Of a DNA stretch of 55,497 nucleotides, positions 25,094-37,465 are shown piece by piece; positions within the stretch are counted from its first letter, which is position 1, and every line of letters begins with the position of its first letter. The position numbers and the translations under genes are program-made. The DNA comes from Octopus sinensis (Eukaryota), in the NCBI RefSeq assembly GCF_006345805.1, contig NW_021833592.1, positions 1-55,497 of the forward strand. Reading direction: 5' to 3'. The notes beneath the pieces were generated by a model. That model was given only the letters and a program-made list of their open reading frames with translations, had not been told where the DNA came from and made no database searches.

Positions 25094-25500
25094 AGGCGCG
25101 GGAGTGGCTGTGTGGTAAGTAGCTTGCTAACCAACCACATGGTTCTGGGTTCAGTCCCACTGCGTGGCATCTTGGGCAAGTGTCTTCTGCTATAGCCCTG
25201 GGCCGACCAATGCCTTGTGAGTGGATTTGGTAAACGGAAACTGAAAGAAGCCCATCATATATATATATGTATGCGTATGTGTTTGTGTGTCTGTGTTTGT
25301 CCCCTTAGCATTGCTTGACAACCGATGCTGGTGTGTTTACGTCCCCGTCACTTAGCGGTCCGGCAAAAGAGATCGATAGAATAAGTACTGGGCTTACAAG
25401 GAATAAGTCCCAGGGTCGATTTGCTCGACTAAAGGCGGTGCTCCAGCATGGCCGCAGTCAAATGACTGAAACAAGTAAAAAGAGTAAAAAGAGTAAAGAG
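25094..25500 (+). mobile_element. Full-length SINE family A
   Basis: Colinear with 22148-22563. Confidence 0.9.
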
Positions 25501-25735
25501 TTCGGTTCGTTAAAATAACCTTTTAGGGCAACATCATACAAGTATTCTATAATTATAAGCATAATTATAATTAGGGGTCAGCTAATTGCTTCACCACTTA
25601 CCGAATTTAGAAAAAGCAGTTAAAATACTTTTAGGCGTAGGAGTGGCTGTGTGGTAAGTAGCTTGCTTAACCAACCACATAGTTACGTGTTCAGTCCCAT
25701 ATGTATATGTGTATATATATATACATCCATATATA

Positions 25736-26131
25736 TCTTTATATATAAAAGTGAAGTTGTGTGTCTGTCTCCTACGATTTAGATTTCTAACTACTCCCAC
25801 ATTTTGCGGTGCAGTTTAACCAAAAGCGGGTATCTTATAGTCGTGATTCATATCGAGCCCTCCTGGGTATTAGCGCGCGTCTACGATGAGTCTACGATTT
25901 TAAAAAAATTTACCATCGTTTTTTCCCATTTTTAATGCATTTTTTTGCTATTATATAAGGGAAGTAACTCTCTAAAAATGTATTATTAAATCTCAGAACG
26001 TAAAAAGCTACAGTAACACACCCCCATTTGTGGTTAGCCATATTGAGATGGCTATTATACTTTACATCTCTAAAATTGCTTATATAGTTATTTCCCTTAC
26101 AAACCCGAGCAACGCCGGGCAATACTGCTAG
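25736..26131 (+). mobile_element. Non-autonomous Helitron
   Basis: 5' A|TC, 3' hairpin cccgagcaacgccggg then CTAG|T, no TSD. Confidence 0.8.
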
Positions 26132-26139
26132 TATATATA

Positions 26140-26300
26140 TAAAATTATAATTTAGGGTATGTAAGAGATACCAGCACGCTGGAAATGGCAGCCAAAACTT
26201 GACTCTAAAACAAAATTAAAAGTTTGTGGTTTTAGAGTCAAATTTTGGCTGCTATTTCAAACGTGGTGGTATCTCCTAGATACCCTAAATCATAATTTTA
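26140..26300. repeat. Fold-back hairpin, ~72-bp arms (~8 mismatches)
   Basis: 26140-26211 vs 26229-26300. Confidence 0.85.
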
Positions 26301-26479
26301 ATAATAATTATTACCTTTGAAGGTTTTTATTTCCATGCTTGCCACTTGATAAGTTCAATACTTAAATAACAATCTATCCTTATTTATATATATGTATGTA
26401 TATGCTTCCCCTCTCCGTGCCAGCGATGTTGTCTAAGGCAAAGGCTGATACAGTGACATCACAACTAATTTTTCTCAAT

Positions 26480-26825
26480 GACGACGCCGTGGTGATCTCA
26501 TTCTCACTCACAACATCATAAGCGGAAAGTGTAAACTCTCGAAAGAGCTGTTCTTCACTCCTGCTCCAGAGCGTTGGCTGTGGGGTCACTCCGAAAAGCT
26601 CTATCTGCGACGATTTCATCTCAATCGAAGGAGAGGGGCTTTCTTGGGTTGCGGATCCGTGGAATAAGCTGCCGGACGAGATAGTGAAGATGCCGACGAC
26701 CGCTCGGATCAAAGTCTCTCTTAACCACAAATGGCCTGAACTCTTTGCATGAACACCAACCTGTACATAACTCTATGTCCCCCTACATGGCCTTGCTTTT
26801 TGCTTTTTGAGCCAAAAAATTAACT
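26480..26825 (+). mobile_element. Second CR1-like LINE 3' fragment
   Basis: LFFTPAPERWLWGHSEKLYLRRFHLNRRRGAF(fs)VADPWNKLPDEIVKMPTTARIKVSLNHKWPELFA*; RGH..KL / WN.LP..+V motifs. Confidence 0.7.
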
Positions 26826-27205
26826 TATATATATGTATGTATATATATATGTATGTATATGCTTCCCCTCTCCGTGTCAGTGATGCTGTCTAAGGGAAAG
26901 GCAAAGGCTGATAGAGTGAAATCACAACTCATTTCTCTCAATTCTACAGCTGAGTGAACAGGAAAAACGTGAAACAAAGGACCTTGCTGAAGAACACAAC
27001 ACACAGCCCAGCTCATGATTGTAAGCCCAATGCTCTAACTACTGAGCCATGTGCCTTCGCAAACCATTCAGGTACTTGGTGGTATATTATGGTTGAAAAA
27101 CAAAGGACTGTTTCCCTACCAGCAGTGATTATGTAATGCTTCCCTCACACACAGCTTCCCGCAGCTATCTACATATGCAGCTAACTACATATATATATAT
27201 ATATA

Positions 27206-27718
27206 CTAGCACTATCGCCCGGCGTTGCTCGGGTTTGTAAGGGAAATAACTATATAAGCATTTTTAGAGAGTTACTTCCCTTATAGATGCCAATTCGGGC
27301 TTTCTTAGCCATTTCTGTTTTGATGTCTTCAAGCCATGAAGTCGTTGTTCTAAAAGAATGCTGGTCTCCTTGACAACACTTTACGACGTTGATTTCCTTA
27401 CACTCCCTTCCCCACAGCTTCACGAGGGAGGGAAGAAGCGGGAGAAGCAAACAGGTGCAGGTGTGACCATGGACGCCAACTCCGCCGCCATTGACACAAG
27501 AAAAATTATGCATTAAAATGGAATAAAAAATGATGTTAAATTATTTTAAAAATCGTAGACTCATCGTAGACGCGTGCTAATACTCAGACGGGCTCGATAT
27601 GAATCACGACTATAAGATACCCGAATTTGGTTAAACTGCACCGCAAAATGTGGGAGTAGTTACGAATCTAAATCGAAGGGGACAGACACTCACACAACTA
27701 CAGTTTTATATATATAGA
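27206..27718 (-). mobile_element. Non-autonomous Helitron, same family as 25736-26131
   Basis: Minus strand A|TC start, same cccgagcaacgccggg hairpin, CTAG|T end; shares the first ~190 bp and last ~50 bp. Confidence 0.8.
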
Positions 27719-27990
27719 TATAGATAGATAGATGGTAAACAAGAGAGACAGAGACAGGCAGACACAAGGAAAATGCCACTTGTATTTGAACACTATACAA
27801 ATATTCCTTTTAAAAAAAACTTTTCTTCTAATTTTTCTAAATTTAATTATTTAATTGCTACAGTTGAAAAAGTCTCAATGACTGAAACCGGTACTGAAAT
27901 GTTCTTTATAAAATTATTTTAGCATTTTCTATCTTGACTTTTTTTCCATATATATATCAACTCGTGTGTTCCTTTTCATCCTTATATATA

Positions 27991-28033
<43 letters not shown>

Positions 28034-28037
<4 letters not shown>

Positions 28038-28334
28038 CGTGACCGACCAGACTATCAGATGTTGCTAACACATCGCTGGTCACAATGCGCTTCGCATTGT
28101 TTTAGCCTTCAAATGACGCCACCCCGCTGGCTAAGCGAGCAGGCCAACAGAAGAAAGAGTGAGAGAAAGTTGCGGCGAAAGAGTACAGCAGGGATCACCA
28201 CCCCCTGCTGGAGCCTCATGGAGCTTTTAGGTGTTTTCGCTCGATAAACACTCACAATGCCTAGTCTAGGAATCGAAACTGTGATCCTATGACCGCAAGT
28301 CCACTGCCCTAACCACTGGGCCATTGCGCCTCCA
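28034..28334 (-). mobile_element. SINE family C (tRNA head, RTE-like tail)
   Basis: Minus strand gtggaggcgcaatggcccagtggttagggcag...gtttcgattcc; other copies at 31882 and 48266. Confidence 0.85.
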
Positions 28335-28336
28335 CA

Positions 28337-28339
<3 letters not shown>

Positions 28340-28371
<32 letters not shown>

Positions 28372-30894
28372 CTATCACCTACCTTTGTCTATGTATATCG
28401 CTATATTTATTCATCTATCTATGTATCTACCTCTCCATCTGTGTATCCATTTATTTATCTATCTACTTATTTGTCTATCAATGTATCTATCTATCTTTCT
28501 GTCTATCTATCTAACCAACTGTCTATGTGTCTATGTATCTATCTGTTTGCCTGACTGTCTGTGTTTCTCTCTATCCATCTATCTATCCATCCATCCATCC
28601 ATCCATCCACCCACTCACCCATTCATCCATCCATCCATCCATCCATCCACCCAAACAACCACCCAAACACCCACCCACCTACCTATCCACCCACCCACCT
28701 ACCTATCCACCCACCCACCTACCTACCTATCCACCCACCCATCCATCCACCCATCCATCCATCCACCCATCCATCCATCCATCCATCCACCCAAACACCC
28801 ACCCACCCACCCACCTACCTATCCACCCATCCATCCACCCATCCATCCATCCATCCATCCACCCAAACACCCACCTACCTATCCACCCACCCACCTACCT
28901 ACCTATCCACCCACCCTCCATCCACCCATCCATCCACCCATCCATCCATCCACCCATCCACCCACCCACCCACCACCCATCCATCCACCCATCCATCCTC
29001 CATCCACCCAAACACCCACCCACCCACCTACCTATCCACCACCCACCCATCCATCCACCCATCATCCATCCACCCATCCATCCATCCATCCATCCACCCA
29101 AACACCCCCCACCCACCCACCTACCTATCCACCCACCATCCATCCATCATCCATCCCATCCACCCAACACCCACCCACCCACCTATCCACCCACCCACCC
29201 ACCCACCCATCCATCCACCCCTCCATCCATCCCCCATCCATCCATCCAACAACACCCACCTACCTACCTATCCACCCACCTACCTACCTATCCACCCACC
29301 CATCCATCCACCCACCCACCACCCACCTACCTACCTATCCACCCACCCATCCATCCACCCATCCACCCACCCATCCATCCATCCATCCATCCATCCACCA
29401 AACACCCACCCACCCACCTATCCACCCACCCACCCATCCATCCACCCATCCATCCATCCACCCATCCATCCATCCAAACAACCACCCACCTACCTACCTA
29501 TCCACCCACCCATCCATCCACCCACCCACCCATCCATCCACCCACCCACCCACCCATCCATCCATCCATCCATCCATCCACCCACCTAGCTATATCTACC
29601 AGTTTATCTGTCTGTCAGACTATCCATCTGTCTACTTGCCTATCTGACAGTCTACCTGTCTGTTTGTACAGGTGTGTCCATGTGCATACACATGGATTGA
29701 TGCATGTGTGTATGGATGGATGGACAGACAGGTGGCTGTAGATATATGCCGTGCAATAAATGCACACGTATATACCTAACTATCCATGCAAACACACACA
29801 CATACACATATACGCATGCATGCACACACACACACACACACATCGACGTCAACCTCTCACCCCGAACACCATCCACTCGACCAAGTGACTCATGACTTAC
29901 AACAACCACGACAACAATTACAAATACAACCACCACCACCACCACCTCCACCAAATCACCACCACCATCACCAAACCATCAGCAGCATCATCATCACCAT
30001 CATCATCGCCACCACCACCACCACCACCAAACCATCAACAATTACCACCACCATCATCGCCACCACCATCACCACTACCACCATCACCACCTCCACCACC
30101 ACCACTATCACCACCACCAAACTACCACCATCGCCACCATCACCACCTCCACCATCATCGCACCACCATCACCACTACCACCATCACCACCTCCACCACC
30201 ACCACTATCACCGCCACCATCGCCACCAGCATCACTACCACCATCATTGCACCACCATCACCACTACCACCATCACCACCTCCACCACCACCACTATCAC
30301 CGCCACCAAACAACCACCATCGCCACCACCATCATCATCGCCATCACCATCACCACTTCCACCATCACCATCATCACCACCACCACCACCACCAAACCAT
30401 CGCAACAACAACAAGAATTATTAAAGAAACATAAACAATATTTTTTTATGGAATTTATATTCATTCAAAGGAAATCGAACGCTGGAGAGACGCAGGGGTG
30501 GAGGCGCGTAGCAGGGCAGGGGGTAGGGGTCTGAGAGATTTAGGGATGCGGGTGAAAGATGCAGAAAAAAAAAAAAGGGGGGGTAGTATTTTTTTTGTTT
30601 TTTTTTTGTTTTTTTTTTTCTTTTAGCAGTGATGAAGAAAAAAGGGGTCAGAAATTCTGGAAAAGGGGAAAAAAAAAAATATATAAATAAATAAATATAA
30701 TGTGAATATAAATATGTAATAAATAGATGAAAGTTTGTTGCTAACTACAGGAAGAGAAAAGGAGAGGAGATGATTCAGGCTGGAAGAAAAAGGGGTCGGT
30801 GGGGGAAGGGCGACTCCCTTCTGCCGGAAGGACATGAAAAACACAGTGTTTGTTGTAAACATTCCATACACACACATACACACACGCACACACA

Positions 30895-30944
<50 letters not shown>

Positions 30945-31600
30945 GCATACATATAGTTACACACATATAGACACACACGTACGCATATATACATACATGC
31001 ACACAGACACACACACACATGCATACATATACTTACACACACATAGACACACACGTACGCATACATACATACATGCATATATATACTTACACACACATAC
31101 ATGCATACATCCACACATACACACACATACATACATACATATACTTACACATACACACACATACACTCACCCATACATATATACATGCACACATACACAC
31201 ACACATACACTCACACATACATACATGTATACATGCACACATACATACACATATATACATACATATACTTACACATACACACACATACACTCACACATAC
31301 ATACATGCACACATACACTCACACATACACACATGCACACATACACACACATACACACATATACACTCACACATACATATACATACACACAGACACACAC
31401 ATACATACATACATATACTTACACATACACACACATACACACATGCACACATACACACACATACACATACATACACACACATACATTTAGACACATACAC
31501 TCACACATCCATACACACGCACATACATACACACACACACACATACAGTGATTATACATGTGTATGTGTGTGTGTGATATACTCCATGTCATAAGCAGGT
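28340..31600. repeat. Compound microsatellite domain: (CTAT), (CCAT/CCAC/CCTA), (CAC/CAT), (CA/TA)
   Basis: Direct reading; one non-repetitive island at ~30420-30870. Confidence 0.95.
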
Positions 31601-31881
31601 GTGTGTGTATGTATATATAACTAAATGAGGCTGTGTTTTCCAAAATGGAGACGAACGCCTTTCTCCATGTGATCAGCTTCAAAAATTGTTAAGTCTCTAG
31701 GATATTTTCTCACTTTTCTTAACATGAAACCAACGGTAGCCATAGTTCACAAATAAAGAAATTCTGTCCACCAGCGCAGTGTTGAGCACTTATTTTCATC
31801 ATTTGACATTTATGTATGTATGTATGTATGTATGTATGTATGTATGTATGTATCTGTCTGTCTATCTATCTATCTATCTAT

Positions 31882-32178
31882 CACCGTGATCACCGTGACC
31901 GACCAGGCTATCAGATGTTGCTACACATCGCTGGTCACAATGCGCTTCGCATTGTTTTAGCCTTCAAATGACGCCACCCCGCTGGCTAAGCGAGCAGGCC
32001 AACAGAAGAAAGAGTGAGAGAAAGTTGTGGCGAAAGAGTACAGCAGGGATCGCCACCACCCCCTGCCGGAGCCTCGTGGAGTTTTAGGTGTTTTTGCTCA
32101 ATAAACACTCAGAACGACCGGTCTGGGAATCGAAACCGCGAGTCCATCACCCTAACCACTGGGGCATTGTGCCTCCAC
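31882..32178 (-). mobile_element. SINE family C
   Basis: Colinear with 28034-28334 with a small internal deletion. Confidence 0.85.
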
Positions 32179-32372
32179 CTATCTATCTATCTATCTATCT
32201 TTCTATGTATGTATGTATGTATGTATGTATGTATGGATGGATGGATGGATGGATGGATGTATGGATGGATGTAATAACAAAAGGTAAAATTAATTAAGAA
32301 GTAATCAATAATTTCACCAAGTAGAATTCGGCATGAAAAGGGACCATTTCTCGGTAAATTTAAGTAATATTT

Positions 32373-32722
32373 TATAATTAGGGTTCAGCAAAGATTTGTT
32401 TTACCACATACCGAAGTTTAGAAATAGCAGCCAGAGAACCTTAGCTGTTTCCTCTGAAGTCCCATGCTGACGAGGAAAGTGTTTGGGTAAAGTATAAATT
32501 CTACATTCTTTATACCGAACTAATTCTGAAACGCGTACATGGGTAATCAAATATCGATTGATTTTCGTTATTCTTCATCTCGGCCTGCATGTATTGTTTT
32601 CGAGTACTTTGTTTTTGTCCGGGAATCTCTTTTTTAAGTAGAGGAAATAGCTAAGGTTCTCTGGCTGCTATTTCTAAACTTCGGTTTGTGGTAAAGCAAA
32701 TCTTTGCTGAGCCCTAATTATA
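32373..32722. repeat. Inverted repeat, ~84-bp arms, ~180-bp spacer
   Basis: 32373-32456 vs 32640-32722; abuts (TA)n. Confidence 0.85.
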
Positions 32723-32756
32723 ATATATATATATATATATAATATATATATATATA

Positions 32757-32952
32757 CAGTGCAGGTGGCACGTAAAAAGCACCCACTACACTCACAGAGT
32801 GGTTGGCGTTAGAAAGGGCATCCAGCTGTAGAAACATTGCCAGATAAGACCGGAGCCTGGTGCAGCCTTCTGGCTTCCCAGATCCCCGGTCAAACCGTCC
32901 AACCCATGCTAGCATGGAGAACGGACGTTAAACGATGATGATGATATATATA

Positions 32953-32985
<33 letters not shown>

Positions 32986-33612
32986 AGTTCAGCAAAAATT
33001 TAGATTCAAATGAATATGGTACTTAATTTAGATGCACCAGAATTCTGTATGGTGTTATCCATAAAAATTTGTGGGGTGATTATAATCAAAATAAGCAACA
33101 AGAATGACTCCGGTAATTTGGTACAATCGTTTCGTACTACATCATTCTATTTAATGTTTTACTAAATACAACATTTAATAAAATGATGTAGTACGAAACG
33201 ATCGTACCAAATTACCGGAGTCATTCTTGTTGCTTATTTTGATTATATATATATATATTACCAGTGCCGGTGGCATGTAAGAGAACTTTCCGTTTCGCGA
33301 CCGTTGCCAGCACCGCCCCATTTCGTGCCCGTTGCCAGCCTCGCCTGGCCCTCGTGCCGGTGGCACATAAAAAGCACCATCCGTTCGTGGCCGTTTGCCA
33401 GCTCTGTCTGGCACCAGTGCGGGTGGCACGTAAAAAGCACCCACTACACTCACGGAGTGGTTGGCGTTAGGAAGGGCATCCAGCCGTAGAAACACTGCCA
33501 GATTTGACTGGGCCTGAAAAAGCCTTCTGGCTTCACAGACCCCAGTAGAACCGTCCAACCCATGCTAGCATGGAAAACGGACGCTAAACGATGATGATGA
33601 TGATGATGATTA
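32757..33612 (+). mobile_element. Two copies of element G (32757-32944, 33259-33612) ending in (GAT)n
   Basis: gagtggttggcgttaggaagggcatccagc...catgctagcatgga..cggacgttaaacgatgatgat. Confidence 0.8.
33081..33246. repeat. Fold-back hairpin, ~78-bp arms
   Basis: 33081-33158 vs 33171-33246; abuts (TA)n. Confidence 0.85.
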
Positions 33613-33621
33613 TCTATATAT

Positions 33622-34053
33622 ACTCTTTTACTCTTTTACTTGTTTCAGTCATTTGACTGCGGACATGCTGGAGCACCGCCTTTAGTCGAGCAAATCGACC
33701 CCGGGACTTATTCTTTGTAAGCCCAGTACTTATTCTATTGGTCTCTTTTGCTGAACTGCTAAGTGACGGGGACGTAAACACACCAGCATCGGCTGTTAAG
33801 CAATGCTAGGGGGACAAACACAGACACAAACATACACACACACACACATATATATATGTATATATATATATAATATATATATATATACATATATACGACG
33901 GGCTTCTTTCAGTTTTCGTCTACCAAATCCACTCACAAGGCTTTGGTCGGCCCGAGGCTATAGTAGAAGACACTTGCTCAAGGTGCCACGCAGTGGGACT
34001 GAACTCGGAACCATGTAGTTGGTAAACAAGCTACTTACCACACAGCCACTCCT
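33622..34053 (-). mobile_element. SINE family A
   Basis: Reverse complement of 22148-22563. Confidence 0.9.
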
Positions 34054-34054
34054 G

Positions 34055-34500
34055 TATATGTATATATTGTCTGTAAAAAGCATACATCCGATAGAAGAAG
34101 GACACTCTAAGATATAGAGCAGTATATATAAGTGAGAGAGTGTTGCTTTCTATGTTTTATGTTTGTGGTTTGTGGGAGGAGGTGTTTGAGTCGTGCAGGC
34201 CTGGTGAGCCATCAAAATTCTCATAGAAATCGACTTATGATAAACAGTGATGCAGCTATTAATATTCAAAACAGAAGGTGTGTAAAATGTGGAAGGGTGT
34301 ACCTCTCAGTTGGAGGTCTAAAACGACATGCTAAGGGAGTGCATATGGTGGCACCTGTTTCTCCTGCCAGCCAGCACAGTTGTAATAAAATGTGTAAAAG
34401 CTTGGCTGGGCTTAAAAGTCATTACATGGCAACAATCATGAATCATTTCAGTCAGTCTTCTTGGCAATGGCTTTTCTCGTGTAACGAGGGTGTAGCTGTG
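34055..34500 (+). pseudogene. Degenerate triple C2H2 zinc-finger segment, probably a LINE (RTE-like) ORF2 C-terminus
   Basis: F(C?)VVCGRRCLSRAGLVSHQNSH; CVKCGRVYLSVGGLKRHAKGVH; CNKMCKSLAGLKSH. No TGEKP linkers; upstream sequence in frame has stops. Confidence 0.55.
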
Positions 34501-34505
34501 ATGTA

Positions 34506-34928
34506 TTTACTCTTTACTCTTTTACTCTTTTACTTGTTTCAGTCATTTGACTGCGGCCATGCTGGAGCACCGCCTTTAGTCGAGCAAATCGACCCCGGGA
34601 CTTATTCTTTTGTAAGCCCAGTACTTATTCTATCGGTCTCTTTTGCCGAACCGCTAAGTGACGGGAACGTAAACACACCAGCATCGGTTGTCAAGCAATG
34701 CTAGGGGGACAAACACAGACACACAAACATATACACACACACATATATATATACATATATACATATATACGACAGGCTTTTTTCAGTTTCCGTCTACCAA
34801 ATCCACTCACAAGGCATTGGTCGGCCCGGGGCTATAGCAGAAGACACTTGCCCAAGATGCCAAGCAGTGGGACTGAACCCGGAACCATGTGGTTGGTTAG
34901 CAAGCTACTTACCACACAGCCACTCCTG
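34506..34928 (-). mobile_element. SINE family A
   Basis: Reverse complement of 22148-22563. Confidence 0.9.
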
Positions 34929-35327
34929 TATATGTATATATTGTCTCTTCTATTTTTTAATTATTATAAACCTTCCACTGAGGAGGGAGCTGGTTTTGAA
35001 CAAAGGTAGAAGACTCCATTTTTGGGATGTATTTAATACAGACAAATTCACGTTTGGAACTTGAGAAAAGTCTTGCATATTTTTACTGTTCCTCTCACAA
35101 ATTGAACTTGTAGTGGACGAATTAGCCGGTCAGTTTCTCTTTCTAAAAATCCCAGTTTATCCAGATTCTCCATTATGTATGCATGCATGCATGCATGTAT
35201 GTATGTATGTATGTACGTATGTATGTATGTATGTATGTGTGTGTATGTATGTATGTATGTATTTATGTCTTATGTGTGTGTGTGTGTGCATGTATGTATA
35301 TATGTATGTATGTGTTCCAAAGAGAGC

Positions 35328-35986
35328 TCTTTTTACTCTTTTACTTGTTTCAGTCATTTGACTGCGGCCATGCTGGAGCACCGCCCTTAGTCGAGCAAAT
35401 CGACCCCGGGACTTATTCTTTTGTAAGCCCAGTACTTATTCTATCGGTCCCTTTTGCCGAACCGTTAAGTAACGGGGACATAAACACACCAGCATCGGTT
35501 GTCAAGCAATGCTAGAGGGACAAACACAGACACACAAACACACACATGCATATATATATATATATATATAGAATAAAACTTATATATAAAGAACGTGAAA
35601 TTCACGAATTGACAAACACAGAAAAACGGACAGTAATTCAGAGCCTTCATTCTTCAGTCAGAAACCGATTCATCATGGCAAATTTCGGCTGTTTAATTCT
35701 GAGATTTGCTCCGAAAGGGCCAGCCCCAAGGAAAAGCTAAGCTATGGGCATTACATTTGCTTGGTAGAAGGAAAGAATGTGACAACAGAGACGGACAGGA
35801 AAACGAGAGACGAAGATAAAATTTACAGTAACGAATAAAAACAGGAATGATACGGGGGCGTCATACGACTTTGAGACAAAATGGGACAAAAACAATTGAT
35901 AAGCAGCGTAGGAAACGGTTACTTTTCAGTAGAGAAGACGGCAGTGGAATGGCTTAGCAGTAGTGGGTTTGCGAGAAGGTGAGAGA

Positions 35987-36037
<51 letters not shown>

Positions 36038-36205
36038 CATATATACATACGACAAGCTCCTTCCTGTTTCCGTCTACCAAATCCACTCACAAGGCATTGG
36101 TCAGCCTGGGGCTATAGCAGAAGACACTTGCCCAAGGTGCCACGCAGTGGGACTGAACCCGGAACCATGTGGTCGGTAAGCCAGCAACTTACCACACAGC
36201 CACTG
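35328..36205 (-). mobile_element. SINE family A split by a ~420-bp unclassified insert in its internal (TA) tract
   Basis: Tail half 35328-35560, insert 35571-35988, head half 36049-36205. Confidence 0.7.
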
Positions 36206-36589
36206 AACAACTATCTATAAATATTTGGTTACTTAGAAATCCGGAACTCCCTATCAAATAACTTGCACATATTTTTTGAAATAAGTCACACAATTTGGGG
36301 GAAAAATCATTCTCCGTACTGACGTAAACAAGATACTGTGACATCACTTGTTCAAACAATCACCAATCTCTCCATGATTAATTGTGTATATATATGTATC
36401 TCCATCTATTTATCTTTCTATAGCATATTTTTCTAATGCCTTTTATCTCTCTCTCTCTCTCTCTCTGTCTTCTATTTATTTTTTTTAACTACAAGTCCAT
36501 CCCTCTGGCTATCTATTTTTAGCTGGTACCTATCAATCTCTACAATGGCTTGTCTGTCTCTTTGTCAACCATGTGAGCTTTTTGTCTAT

Positions 36590-36945
36590 CTTTGTCTAAC
36601 TCTCTAATTATCTATCTCACTGTCTGTCCGTCCGTCCATCCACCCATCCATCCGTCCGTCCGTCCGTCCGTCCGTCCGTCCGTCCGTCCGTCCGTCCGTC
36701 TGTCTGTCCGTCCATCCGTCCACCCACCCATCCATCCATCCATCCATCTATCTGTCTGTCTGTCTGTATGTCCATCTGTCTGTCTGTCTGGCCATCGATC
36801 AATCCATCCACCCACCCATCCATCTATCTGTCTGTCTGTCCGTCCATCCATCCACCCATCCATCCATTCATCCATCCATCCACCCATCCATCCATCCATC
36901 CATCCATCCATCTATATGTCTGTCTGTCTGTCTGTCTATATATAT
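36590..36945. repeat. (TCCA/TCCG/TCTG)n tetranucleotide tract
   Basis: Direct reading. Confidence 0.95.
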
Positions 36946-37130
36946 ATTGGCAGAATCATTAGCATGCATTTCATCTGTCTTTACATTCTGGGTTCAAATT
37001 CTGCTGAGGTCGGTTTGCCTTTCATCCTTTTGGGGTCGATAAATTAAGTACCAGTGAAACACTGGGGTCAATGTAATCGACTAATCCCAACTCTCCAGAA
37101 CTTGCTGGCCTTGTGCCAAAATTTGAATCC
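36945..37130 (+). mobile_element. Diverged SINE family D
   Basis: ggcagaatcattagc...gggttcaaattctgctgaggtcggtttgcctttcatccttttggggtcgataaattaagtaccag. Confidence 0.7.
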
Positions 37131-37134
37131 GTTT

Positions 37135-37260
37135 AATAGAACAAGGAAACCTGTGAAAGAGGTAGACCCAGGAAGACATAGGGCGAGGTGGTGAAGCATG
37201 GTCGACTGCTGGATCTCATTGAGGCGATGACTCGTGACTGACACTATGCTATATGCCCAC
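37135..37260 (+). mobile_element. Degraded RTE C-terminal fragment
   Basis: gaaagaggtagacccaggaagacatagggcgaggtggtgaagcatg resembles the RGRPRKTW.EVVKHD segment at 3105-3805. Confidence 0.55.
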
Positions 37261-37261
37261 G

Positions 37262-37465
37262 GACATATGGCATAGTGGTTAGGAGTGTGGGCTACTAGCC
37301 CCAAGATTCCGAGTTCGATTCCAAGCAGTGACCTGAATAATGATAATAATAATAATAATAATAATAAAAACATCGAAAAATTTCTTAGGAATGAAAACCC
37401 AGGTTCAACATTTCCCCAAGACATCTGATGAAGGCTGGAGGGTATATTAGCCGAAATGTGTGTAT
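37262..37465 (+). mobile_element. SINE family E: tRNA-like head + (TAA)n + tail containing a hammerhead-like motif
   Basis: A-box tggcatagtgg (37268), B-box gagttcgattcc (37311), (TAA)n 37336-37366, then the ctgatga...gaaa motif. Same head at 55381. Confidence 0.7.
37420..37463 (+). ncRNA. Minimal type-I hammerhead-ribozyme-like motif (degenerate 3' part)
   Basis: gacat CTGATGA A GGCTG-gagggtatat-TAGCC GAAA tgt gtgt: canonical core, extra A after A9, 5-bp stem II, acat/gtgt stem I. Confidence 0.55.

Noticed and set aside
28352-31594. 400-aa His/Pro/Thr-rich ORFs
   Set aside because: Translations of tetra-, tri- and dinucleotide repeats.
34132-34704. 190-aa ORF as an intact host zinc-finger gene
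   Set aside because: Starts at a non-ATG codon, fingers are degenerate, and the last third is read-through into a SINE.
35620-35700. Hammerhead on the minus strand (ctgaagaatgaaggctctgaa)
   Set aside because: No GAAA at the right spacing and no stem II.
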